Shown: one piece after another, positions 1 to 11,146 of the stretch
Position numbering within the stretch: the first letter of the stretch is position 1
Layout: the number at the start of each line of letters is the position of its first letter
Assembly: GCF_018977255.1 (NCBI RefSeq)
Contig: NW_024704743.1
Location: 52,516,001 to 52,580,000, forward strand
Direction: 5' to 3'
DNA: 64,000 nucleotides
Source: Callorhinchus milii
Lineage: Eukaryota
Translations under genes and position numbers: made by a program
The notes under the pieces: generated by a model
The model's database searches: none
The model's input: the letters and a program-made list of their open reading frames with translations, nothing else
Told to the model about the DNA's origin: nothing

Positions 1-391
1 AAGAGAATCGGCCGAAGAACAAAATGTTCTTGGTTTTGTTGTGCCGGATGAAAAACAGAAAGGGATGGTCAGCTACAATTTCAGGTGTCAACGAACGAGT
101 TGTTATAATAATTCCTGTGGCAGCTGCTGCTTCCGTGCCCTCTTCATTAACTTCCACAAAAGATTTGTGAACAACCTTTGACAAAACCAGATCATTTGTT
201 TCTGTCATTCCAGAGAAATCAGCTTTCGAATTGTTGAAAGCATCAGCCATTCCCATTGCTGAAAGTGTGGATTTCAGGTCAAATTGGTCTTCCAGCTTAA
301 ATTTGGGTAGATGGATTTTGACTTTCTTTTGTTTCATGTTCTCCCATTTGGTCCAATTAAGCAACTTTTCACATGTGAGCACTTCCTCAAG
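1..391 (-). CDS. serpin 1 last coding exon, partial; [25 protein letters not shown]
   Basis: Acceptor ccaacag|CTT at 391, open frame to the window edge ending ...FFGRFS. Confidence 0.93.
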
Positions 392-3300
392 CTGTTGGCA
401 AGGAAAAAAATGGATCAGTGAATCAATAACTTGTTTGCTTGCAGGATGATATACTATGAGCTTTGATCAGAACGCTTTACTGTGATGGGAAATAGGTACA
501 GTATTTTCCATAAAGTAAGTTCTCTCCCATCACCTTTCCAAATGTTTTCCTTTCCTGCAAAATGTAAAGTCAGATTAATCTATATCAATATTTGATGATC
601 TTTGTTCCATTCGCATGAGTGATCCCTCAGTTTTCTCAGATAGGATGCAGAGCAAAAAGGATGGTTGGATAGAGGATCTCAAAAACTTTGCATCTCATTC
701 ATTTCTCCTTGCATGTTCATTTGAACATAAACATGCCTACTTTCCTCAATTTAGCGGATTCAACCAGGTCCACAAGAGGACCCCTAACAATCCACCACCA
801 CCTTTAGAGATACGGGTTATGATGGAACTTTTATATTTTGTTTAACCCTGAAATAGCATTCGTAATGTACCACAAATATTCAGGTTAACTTACTGCCTCC
901 CTAACTCAGAGGCCTTGATCGCTCCTGTAATCAAGTTCAACTGATCTCATACCTGGGACCTTCTGGTCTGAGCAGAGCCTTTCCCACTAGGCCTTTGGGG
1001 AGTTTATCTTTCTTTACTTACTTTACTACCATTTATTTGGAAGCCCTAATCTGCCAAAGTGAAAGCTCTGCATTTCCAAAATTTAGAATGTTCATCCATC
1101 CACACATCTCTATTTTCTATATAATTCATACTTACATGACCCTCCAGACTTTTCCCAGCATAGAAACCCTTACAACATTGGAATATTTGATCATCTCAGT
1201 GTAATTCATTACTACTACTTCACAGTCCTGTTGATTACTATACATTTCTATAATAAATTCCCTGTTTCTCTGACGTTGCTCTTTAAATTACCTTTTCCAG
1301 TCCAGTGGAGTTGTCATTGATGTCATCAGGTAACAGGATGACCATACTCAGCTCATTCTCATAGTACGGAAGCTCAACAATACTGGTTTGAAGCTCACTG
1401 ATATAAGCAATGTAGAAGTATCCTTCTTGGTACATCATATTCACTGTCTTTGACTTCGACTGTGAACAAATATAAGAATTAACATGAATATTGTATTGAC
1501 AGAATGGGAAAAATGTCAGACTTGAGATTTGAAACCAAAGTGAAATACCTTGCTCAATCTGAAGGGTTTCTTGTACGTATCATTCTCTTGAAATTTTTGT
1601 TCCCAGCTGCCTTTAAAGTAGACAGCATTTACAAGCACAAGTTTGGTGAGATCAGTTATAGTGCCCGGGGAGAGCAGGTTTGAGATTTTACCTGAATGAA
1701 ATCACACACCAATGAGTTTGTACGATTTCAGAACATGGAACAATGGTGTTTGAAACACAAAGTAATTTCATTTTTACATTTTTTAACATTTTTATTGCAT
1801 TATCAAGAAGCCAGTAATCTGTGATCACCTTCATGAGCTCCTGTTTTTCTAACGTTAATATTTTATACACAAATATTTTGATGTTATAGAGGGGCTGTTT
1901 GGTGCATATGCATTGTACAGTTTGGGGTACAAAAAAATAGAAATGGGTCCTGGTCTTAGAGTACAGATTCACCAGATTAATACTTGGACTTAAGGGTCTC
2001 AGTAATGAAGACAGAATTAACAAACTGGGCTGTACTCCCTTCAACAGAGGAGATTGAAGGGTGATCCAATCAAGGTCTTTAAGGTGGTAAAATGAATTGA
2101 CTAAGTGGATAAGGAGAGATCCTTTCCAATGGTTTCATAACAAGAGGCCCGAAAGGGGTGGATAGAGCATATATTGGATTATGAAAGATGTGCAAAATTG
2201 AAGAACAAATGATCATATGTTCACAATAAGGAAACAAAAATAACATAAGAATATCAGGAGCCCTTTGATTATTAAAAATATGATTGGCTGGTGCAACAAA
2301 TTATCATCACTGGATCTCTGGTAGAGGAATAAAATTGTTACATAAAGGAATTAGACAAGATCCTGTTAACTAAAATGATTCAGGATCAGAAACTCAGTAA
2401 AATTTATATATTACAAATATATTTAGATGTTTGTTTTCCTAGGTCAATCATGTACATAGAGTGACTGCATTGCAATACGGAATATCTTACCCTCAGTCTT
2501 GGTCTCTACCCAAGAATTAATGTTTTTCCTAGCCACATCTGGCTGATTTGCAAAGTCAACAGCAGATAGAGCTGCCTGATAGAATTCTGCGGTTGAACTG
2601 AGGAATTCCTGAACAAAAACATAAATGTTCAGAATCACTTCAAATATACCAGGTAAAAAAAATTACTTAAGTAACAAAGACATAAGACACATGTACATGC
2701 AATAATTCGCACTGCGCTATAATATAATATATGTAACATATCAATTTTACTGAGTTTCTGTTAATCAGTAGAAAAATAAGAACATTTCAGGCAGGAATAG
2801 ACTATCAGTCCATTCAGCTATCCATCCAATTTCCCAAAAGATTCCTCTCCTATATCTATCTTTAATTTGAATAATCCTGAATCCTAAAATATAGTTAGTT
2901 TGTATTTTAAAAAATAACTAAAATTATATCTACATATGTATACATGATCTGTTTGTGATGTGCTGCTAAAATTTAATTTGAAGTAAACATTTCTCCAATT
3001 TTTGGCAAAATTAATTATCTTGATTAATATTAAGCCTCATTTTTTGCAACTGTTACAACTAATAGCTGCATACAATGCAACTATTCAAAATAGTTTTCCA
3101 TGTTGCATTCCTAAACTCAAGTAAACTTTATGTATCAGTTTGGTTTCTACACAAATATAGTCAATTTGAAACTGTTATTTCTCTTTCACATTGTGGATCC
3201 TTTATTGGGAGCCTAATCCCTGAAAAGAAATAATCCTCTGTGAATATAGAAATGATCAGAGTATATAATGGCTGAAGGCGTATCCACTGATGGTGGGAAG

Positions 3301-5338
3301 GGAGTGAGGAATGAGCTGTCAACCAGAAGGGTTAATTCAAGAACTCAATGGACCCTTTGAGCAATATTTACTGATGGGTGGAATTTCAAACCAGAGGAAC
3401 TGGTTGAACATAAGTATTTCCCTTTTCTAAAATGACAGGACAGATAAAATCAGTACTGATTTACATAAATGCTCATGGTACTCCTTTTTACATTTTCATT
3501 TCAATGTATATATTTGTGGGAGTTCACCCCCAAAATACAATCACTCGACTTTACAGTATATCCTGTGACGTGCTTTGAGACATCCTCCTGACATGAGAGG
3601 TGCTATATTAAATGTAAGAATTATTATTATTATTATATTTATTACATTCTATTTTTTGTTTTGTGACTATTATATTTAAGCTCCTATTGTATCCATTGCA
3701 GGTGACTGTTTCTCATCCACCTGATCTTACTTGGAGTATTGTGTATCCCTTGTCTCGATAGAGACTATTGGCCAGTTTCAGAAGATAGGAAGTGCCAGGT
3801 TTGTTGATGTCGGACATCAGGGTCTTGAATCTTGTGTGGACATCATCTGCTGTATCAAAGTGTAGCACCTGTTACACACAACAATTAAAGTAGTAATAAT
3901 GAAGCAGGGTTAGTACTTTGAAGGTTTCCAATAGTTACCTCATGTACTAACAAATTTCTGTGTTAGACTGACAGGATAAAGCAGATACTTTGTAAACACT
4001 TAGGGTTAGTAGAACATAGAACATGCCATTTTTACAACCAACGGCAGGATACATGAATGAAGTGAGCTTCCTCTTAACTGTTTTGAATTGAGGCATAATT
4101 TTGAAATCAGAAGCAAGACAGCTGGAACTGCAGTGAGGAAGCATTTCTTCACACAGGGTCATGAAGATCTAGAATATTCTGCCCCAGAACGCTTGGCAGA
4201 ATCAATAGGCATGTTGAAACAAGAGATAAATAGACATATACTTGGCTTGTAGAGGTATTTGTAACATAACTCGATCCAAATCAAGGGTGTGTTAGTAAGT
4301 TTCTTTAATTGTCAATCCAAACACACAATAATCCACCACTCTGAACCACACACTTTGTCCACCTCCCAGTGTCCATTTTGTACTTTCTCCCTTCTTATTA
4401 TTGACCTTTTTGTAAATTGTCGATTTACTTTTAAAGGAAAGCACATTCAAAGAGGAGGGTCTTGAGATGGGTCTTGAAGAGGCAAGTGAGGGGGTGAGGT
4501 GGAGGGACTGCAGGATGAAGTTCCAGAGGGTGGGGGCAGAGTGGCTGAAGGTCTGCCCACCAATGATGGGGCAGATGAGGCGGGGGACGTGAAGCAGGCT
4601 GGAGCCCGATGAGCAGAGGGAGCAGGCAGGGTGGTAGGGGGTTAGGAGGGCTCTGTCCTTGGCCCTCTCCTCTTTAATATCTACATGCTCCCCCTTGGTG
4701 ACATCATCCGCAGATTTGGGGTCATCTTCCACATGTATATGCGGATGACACCCAACTCTATCTTTCTGCCTCTACCCTCAACTCCAGGACCACTGCTGTC
4801 CTGACAGACTGTCTGTCGGACATCAAGTCCTGGATGAGGGCAAATTTCCTACAGTTGAATGTGAACAAGAGTGAGGCCCTCCTGATTGACTCACGTCCCC
4901 TGACCCACCCGCCCCTCAATCGGTAGTCGAACCTTCAGCCACTCTGCCCCCAACCTCTGGAACTCCATCCCATAATCCCTTCGCCTCACTCCCTCCCTTG
5001 CCACCCTCAAGGCACACCTCAAGACCTTCCTCTTTGACCATGCCTTCAGCCACTTTTCTACACTTTCTGCCGAATATTCTTCTGTATTTTTACTTGTGAA
5101 TGGAAATATTACACAGAAAATTCCATCCTGATGAAAAATCACATTCTCATATTTCCCCACCCACATATACCTTGCCCATCTGAGCCGCAGTGTCGCCTCC
5201 AGCACCGAGATACACCATGGCCAGAGCGGCTGAGATGCTTAATGGAGAAAAGAAGACATTCTCCTTTTCTTTCCCTTCAATCACTTTCTTGTAGAGATCA
5301 AGAGCAAAGTTGGTGTTTGCAACACACAGAGGATCCAT
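1..5338 (-). CDS. serpinb1-like: Clade B serpin gene 1 (SERPINB1/leukocyte elastase inhibitor-like scaffold), spliced; 3' end runs off the window
   Basis: Six coding exons read by hand, all GT-AG: 5171-5338, 3731-3868, 2491-2608, 1549-1691, 1292-1459, <1-391. Motifs: [48 protein letters not shown] hinge, [20 protein letters not shown]. No signal peptide. No stop or frameshift seen. Confidence 0.95.
1292..1459 (-). CDS. serpin 1 coding exon 5 ([11 protein letters not shown]...[13 protein letters not shown], 168 nt)
   Basis: AG/GT boundaries, ELPY and MVILLP motifs. Confidence 0.93.
1549..1691 (-). CDS. serpin 1 coding exon 4 (GKISNLL...[10 protein letters not shown]...PFRLSK, 143 nt)
   Basis: AG/GT boundaries, phase consistent with the previous exon. 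Confidence 0.93.
2491..2608 (-). CDS. serpin 1 coding exon 3 ([10 protein letters not shown]...[10 protein letters not shown], 118 nt)
   Basis: AG/GT boundaries, serpin INxWV motif. Confidence 0.93.
3731..3868 (-). CDS. serpin 1 coding exon 2 ([11 protein letters not shown]...KGYTILQ, 138 nt)
   Basis: AG/GT boundaries, open frame, paralogous to 19205-19342 and 42321-42458. Confidence 0.92.
4440..5060. mobile_element. L2 fragments in both orientations in a serpin 1 intron
   Basis: L2 3' end on minus (4440-4650); RT core and tail on plus (4650-5060). Confidence 0.7.
5171..5338 (-). CDS. serpin 1 first coding exon ([11 protein letters not shown]...AAQMGK, 168 nt)
   Basis: Acceptor cctgcag| just upstream of 5347, ATG at 5338, donor AAG|GTATAT. 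Confidence 0.93.
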
Positions 5339-6910
5339 TGCTGAAATCTGCAGGAAAGGAAAAGCTGTTAAACAGCTGAAGTTGCAGCAATAAGATTTAC
5401 TTATTGGATCACTGACATGCCACACCTTAAGCGATGAATGTCAAATTACACCCACATGGATAGCCTCATGTTTTGGGTGGCTGAGTCATTCTTGCAGGGT
5501 ATGGAAGAGATTAGTAGAAGGAAGAATCCCTGTAGCTCCGCTAATGTACCAAGCCTGACTGACTGACATCTTAGCACCCTCCCACTCCTCCCTCAGCCAC
5601 CAAGACCATTAGAAAGATGGCAGGAATATCATTTCATTATCTTACTTAAATTTAAAATATATCCTCCAAAATCCAAAATTAAATCCTTGCTCGTAAAGCC
5701 TTTCACAGCTGAGCTCTCAATATCATTTCAACCAGAATCCTACCCTCTCCCTCAAGTGTTCCATTTCAACCATATTTTCTCAGCCTCAAAGCAGCTCATA
5801 GCACACAACTCACAATTCAATAAAACATGAGCAAAGTCACAGAGAGAGGCCATGAGGACAGCTGGCTTGAGAAATAGAAACGTTCACACTAGTGCAGAAC
5901 AGAATGATTTCCTGTGGCTGGCTTAGCTTCAATGATTTGGAAGGAATAGAGGGAATTTTATTCAGTCATGCTATACCTGCTCTGGGAATTACTGATACTG
6001 GTTCTGAGAGGCAAACTGAATTATATTTTTCAATTCTGCGATAATCCATCTTTATCCAAACAAGTAAAGTTAATTAAATTAAATTTATAGAATTTTTGTT
6101 TTACAAAACAGGTGTATAAACCATACAAGATGTACAATAATCTTTGGGGTACTGATAAACGAACAGACAGACTTTCAAACTCAGGCTTCAATCAACAAAT
6201 AAACAGAATTGAGTCAAGAAATTGCAAGCCAACCCTGGAGTACAAGCGAGAATAATGCACATCCTGACGTCACAATAGAGTTTGGGTATTTGGCCACTTA
6301 CACTGTACATTGTCACAAAAAATAGTAATAAATATTTGGGCTGAATTTATGCTCAATAATAATATATAAGTTTGATTTAACAAAACAGTTCAATTTTGCA
6401 GTATGTAATCTGCAGCCATTTATAAACTTCCACTTGTTTTTCAAAATGTTGCCTGTTTGTTTGCAGCATTTTCAGAACTTGTTTTCGACATTACTATCTA
6501 TCATCACAGAAGAAAAGTTAGGTAAATTTGAGGTTATTTACCTGCTTCACACAGCAAAATTATGACAGTCCACACAGAGTTCCAGGACTCTTGTGCAGTT
6601 TTCTTCCTCCCTTTGGTGATTATGAGGGTGTGTTTCTCAACTGTGATATTGCGAATGTTGCATAAATTTACATTGTTTAATAAACACCCTATGGTTAAAT
6701 AACCAGATTCAATACTTTGCAGAATATAGCAAAGACAGAAACTGCTCTTGTTTTACTCACCTTCTCTTTCCTGCTCAACTGTTTAATTCTAAAATCATAT
6801 TAAGCTATATATAGTTTGCGGGAAGTTAAAGGCTAGAGGACATTTGCTTTCTTCAAAGTACATTTTCAGAACTGAGTGTTCTTACAAGTGGCCAGCTCCA
6901 TACGAGGTGT

Positions 6911-8010
6911 AATAATAATAATAATCCTTGCATTTGATATAGCACCTCATCATTTCATTGACACATCTCAGTGGCTTCATTGTAAAGTGTAGTTATTGTG
7001 TACTTTGTGGCCAAAACACTGCAGCCTATTGCACTCAGCAATGCCCCACAAACAGCTATGAAGGGGATTTTATAATAATATAATACTTGCATTTGATATA
7101 GCACCTCATCATTTCATTGACACATCTCAATGGCTTCATTGTAAAGTGTAGTTATTGTGTACTTTGTGGCCAAAACACTGCAGCCTATTGCACTCAGCAA
7201 TGCCCCACAAACAGCTATGAAGGGGATTTTATAATAATATAATACTTGCATTTGATATAGCACCTATCAGGTCTTCTAGACGTCTCAAAGCGCTTCACAG
7301 AATATAATGTAAAGTGAATTGACTGTATATTTGTGGGCAAAATGCAACAGCCAACAGTCATGGATTGAAGTGATCATTTTATTATTGTTTTTTTTCTTGA
7401 GGGATTATTATTAGGCGTGTGGAGTAAGGAAACTTGCCCAAAGTTTTGCCCGGCCAGAAATCGAACCCAGGTCTCTCGCTTGAGAGACGTGTGCTCTAAC
7501 CACTGAGTTTCAGGACTCCACTGACTTTGTTCAGTAAACTTGGTGTCTGACATACGCGGAAACCATTCCCCATGAAGAGTATCCAAGCCAGACTGAGAGT
7601 TCTATGTATTTCACCCACAAATGGAAATCCCCCTGTATTGGAATGGAATGCAGACTCTTTCCAAGACATGTCTTGAAGGAGGCAAGGGAGGGAGCTAGGT
7701 GAAGGCAATGTGGGATGGAGTTCCAGTGGGTGCGGGCAGAGAGGCTGGAGGCCCGACCGTGGATTATTATTTTTATTAATCCTTGCATTTGATATAGCGC
7801 TTTTCACGTCTTCGAGAAGTCTCAAAGCGCTTCACAGAATATACTGCAAAGTGAATTGATTGTATATTTGTGGGCGAAATGCGGCAGCCAATTGCCCACA
7901 GCAGTGTCCCGCAAACAGTCATGGATTGAAAATGACCAATTTATTATTGTTTTGTTTTGGAGAGATTATTATTAGGCGTGTGGAGTAAGGAAACTTGCCC
8001 AAGGTTTCTC
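6911..8010 (-). mobile_element. Cluster of SINE copies including a 158-bp tandem duplication
   Basis: Repeated ccttgcatttgatatagc tails near 6925, 7083, 7243 and 7780; tRNA head at 7460-7520. Confidence 0.8.
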
Positions 8011-8014
8011 CCTG

Positions 8015-9345
8015 GGGTGATGGCAGGGCAGGGCAAGCGGGGACATGGAGCAGGCCAGACACTGCTGAGCGGAGGGAGCAAACAGGTTGATAAGGGGTTA
8101 GCAGGTCAGAGAAATAGGAGGGGGTAAGACCATGGAGAGCCTTGAAGGTGCGGATGAGGATTTTGAACTCGATCTTCTGAGGGATAGGGAGCCAGTGGAG
8201 CCGGGCGAGGGTGGGTGTGATGGGGTCACAGAGCCTGGTGTAGGAGAGGACACAAGCTGCAGAGTTCTGGGAGACCTGCAGCTTGTGGAGGAAAGAGTTG
8301 GGAAGGTCAACAAGCAGAGTGTTGGCTTAGTCGAGCCTAGATCTAATCAAGGCATGTATGAGGTTTTCAGCGGCCTGAGGGGTGACTCAGTGGCATAGTT
8401 GGGCAATCTTGCAGCGGTGGGGGAAGGCAGAGCGTGTCATGGCACGGATGTGGGGAAGAAAGGACGGTTGAGGGTTGAACAAGATACTAAGGTTCTTGAC
8501 TGGTTTGGTGAAGTGGAGTGGGCATTCTTGGATGCTGATGCTGCCAGTGCCTGAGGTGAAGGGTCGCTGGCCCGAGCCAATCAGGAGAGCCTCGGTCTTG
8601 CTGACATTCAACTGTAGAAAGTTAGCTCTCATCCAGGACTTTCATACAGGATCCAAGCAGCCTGTCAGGACATCAGTGGTCCTGGAGTCGAGGGTGGAGG
8701 CAGAGAGGTAGAGTTGGTTGTCATCCGCATACAGGTGGAAATTGACCCCATATCTACGATGATGTCAGCAAGAGGGAGCATGTACAGGTTGAAGAGGAGA
8801 GGATTGAGGACAGAGCCCTGAGGAATACCGTACCAGACGGTATGGGGGCTGGAGGAGAAGCCGTTTGTAGAGACAAAATGGAGCTGGTGTGAAAGGTAGG
8901 ATCTAAACTATTCAAGGACAGAACCTTGAGGTTGAGGTGAGAGGAGAGGTGGTGGAGGAGGATAGAGTGTTCCACAGTGTCGAAGCAGCAGAGAGGCCAA
9001 GGAGGACGAGGAGACAGAGAGAGCGATGGACAGAATATCATTGTCGCCTTGACCAGAGCTGTTTCTGTGCTGTGGGCACCACAGAAACCCAATTGGAGAA
9101 GTTTATAAATGGAGTGGTAAAAGAAGAAAGAGCAAAGCCGGGAAGCAACAACTCTTTCAAGGACTTTGGAAAGGAAAGGGAGGTTGGAGATGGGGTGGAA
9201 GTTAGTGAGCAGGGATGGGTCCAGGTAAGCTGATGGCAGCTGTTTTTAGGGAGGTGGGAACAGTGCCAGTTGACAAGGAGAAGTTGACGAGGTCTGAGAG
9301 TAAATGGGCGAGGAGGTGGAGCTAGGCGGTAAGGAGAGGGGTAGG
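8015..9345 (-). mobile_element. Decayed L2 LINE fragment
   Basis: [31 protein letters not shown] on the minus strand. Confidence 0.85.
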
Positions 9346-9369
9346 GATGCAAGGATTATTTATTTATTA

Positions 9370-10162
9370 CGAGCTGTACCCATTGCAGCTCCGCTTGCAA
9401 TCAAAGGATTCAATATGGAATGTAGATTTCAGTGATACCACTCACAAACCATTTAACATACCATCAACACTGTGTGTACACCTTAAGCAAAACTGCAATA
9501 CATGTGCAATGAGCTTGTTTGGGTCATAGCTCATGAATGATAGAAGATCTTATTAAAAAGATCTTAAGATCTCATGAATGATAGAAGATCTACGCTAACT
9601 GAAGGGGTTTACTGCGTGATCCAGCAGGTCCTCGAGTTATTGCAATGCAACCGTATTGTTCTTTGTTCTTCAGTTTCATTTAATCGGCCTTCTTTCCTTT
9701 GTCTGGCATTTTTATTTGTTCTGGAAAAGCTTGATGTTTGCTTAGGCATCTTTATCTTGTTCCCACCACTTGGCTTCGTCTGAGTGCGTGTGTACTGCGT
9801 GTGTACAGACTCTGTGACTCACGATGCCACAGCGCCACTGGGAGCCAACACGGCCGCCAGGTGTAACAGCAGTGGGCGCCGTGTGTGCCCGTGCATACAT
9901 GTGCGTTCTGTGACGCTTGATGCCACAGCGCCACTGGGAGTCGGCGCAACCACCAGGTGTTACTGCAGCGCAAAACTGCGATACATGTGTAATTAACTTT
10001 TTTTTAGGTCTGAACTCATCAATGATAGGAGATCCCAAAAAATAATATGACACTCCCAAATGCAAGGCCTTTCCGATGAGGTATCAATCATGTCTCTACA
10101 TCAATCGATTATTGATAACTTGGCTGATACACAGACTGACATTGTCATTTTATTACTATAGA
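9370..10162 (-). mobile_element. Non-autonomous Helitron-like element
   Basis: Minus strand begins A|TCTATAGTAATAAAA and ends with hairpin ATTGCA-agcggagc-TGCAAT followed by GGGTACAGCTCG|T. No TSD seen. Internal relic peptide RLNETEEQRTIRL and a degenerate ~95-bp direct repeat (9815-9970). Confidence 0.7.
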
Positions 10163-10666
10163 TAATACAGCTTTTGTTTCAAACTAAATTATAGAGATCT
10201 ACACAGGATTAGGGCTTCTTTGTTGCACCCATATAGTATGTATAATGTTAGAATTTTTTTCAGTCCAAAAGAGTGTAACATTAAGGAGACTCGGTGATAC
10301 ATAAAATGCAAGGTTTTTGTTCTTAGCTATTAAAGAATATTTAAGTGACATACCATAACCCACTACTTGAAAAATTTATTTAATGAGGAAGATGAGTACA
10401 ACCATCAAAAGATTACCAATATCTTACACTAATTCTCCCTATGAGCATTTATTTGTGTTTTTTTTATACTTAATGATAAAACTGAAAACTAAAATCCCTA
10501 AACATTATAATCGCAGCATAAGTCTACACCGGCAGATAATAGAGCCCTGACTATTAACAGCAATGTTGAAATGCAGTTAGATCAATCATGATCATTGAAT
10601 TCAATCCATATTATTTCTTGCTGCTTTATTGCATACAACTTTATCAATAATTTTGATATCTACTAA

Positions 10667-11146
10667 TTATAAGACCGTTTTGTGTTGCTGACTCTGCATT
10701 ATGCCGATGTTAGCATTTTTACTGTCCTTATCAACATCTCCCTCCGGTGAAGAGAAACGCCCAAAGAACAGGATGTTGCGGGTTTTGTTGTGTCTGATGA
10801 AAAACAGGAAGGGATGATCAGCCACAAAATCAACTTCGATCTTCAGAAATTTTTCCATGAAAACGACTGATGTAGCAGCTGCCGCTTCTGTGCCCTCTTC
10901 ATTAACTTCCACAAAGGATTTGTGAACAACTTTTGACAAAAACAGATCATTTTTTCCCGTCATTCCGGAGAAGTCGGCTTTAAAATCGAGGAAAGCATCA
11001 GCCATTCCCATCTCTGAAAGTGTGGAATTCAGGTCAAATTGGTCTTCCAGCTTAAATTTGGGCAGTTGGATTTTGACTTTAATTTTTTCCATGTATTCCT
11101 CTTTGGTCCAATCAAGCAGTTTTTCATATGTGAGCACCTGCTCAAG
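10667..11146 (-). CDS. serpin 2 last coding exon including RCL and 25-aa tail
   Basis: Acceptor aaacag|CTT at 11146; ORF track 10667..11137; AATAAA-type signals downstream (tttatt on + near 10625, 10448, 10375). Confidence 0.94.
   Translation of the reverse strand, partial: LEQVLTYEKLLDWTKEEYMEKIKVKIQLPKFKLEDQFDLNSTLSEMGMADAFLDFKADFSGMTGKNDLFLSKVVHKSFVEVNEEGTEAAAATSVVFMEKFLKIEVDFVADHPFLFFIRHNKTRNILFFGRFSSPEGDVDKDSKNANIGIMQSQQHKTVL

Noticed and set aside
231..449. Short plus-strand ORFs over serpin last exons (231-449, 11022-11222) and antisense ORFs within SAMD9
   Set aside because: They are shadow frames of real coding sequence on the opposite strand.
9780..9975. CRISPR-like or coding repeat (ORFs 9742-10065 and overlapping ones)
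   Set aside because: Only two degenerate units inside a Helitron-like element in eukaryotic DNA; there is no spacer array or cas gene.
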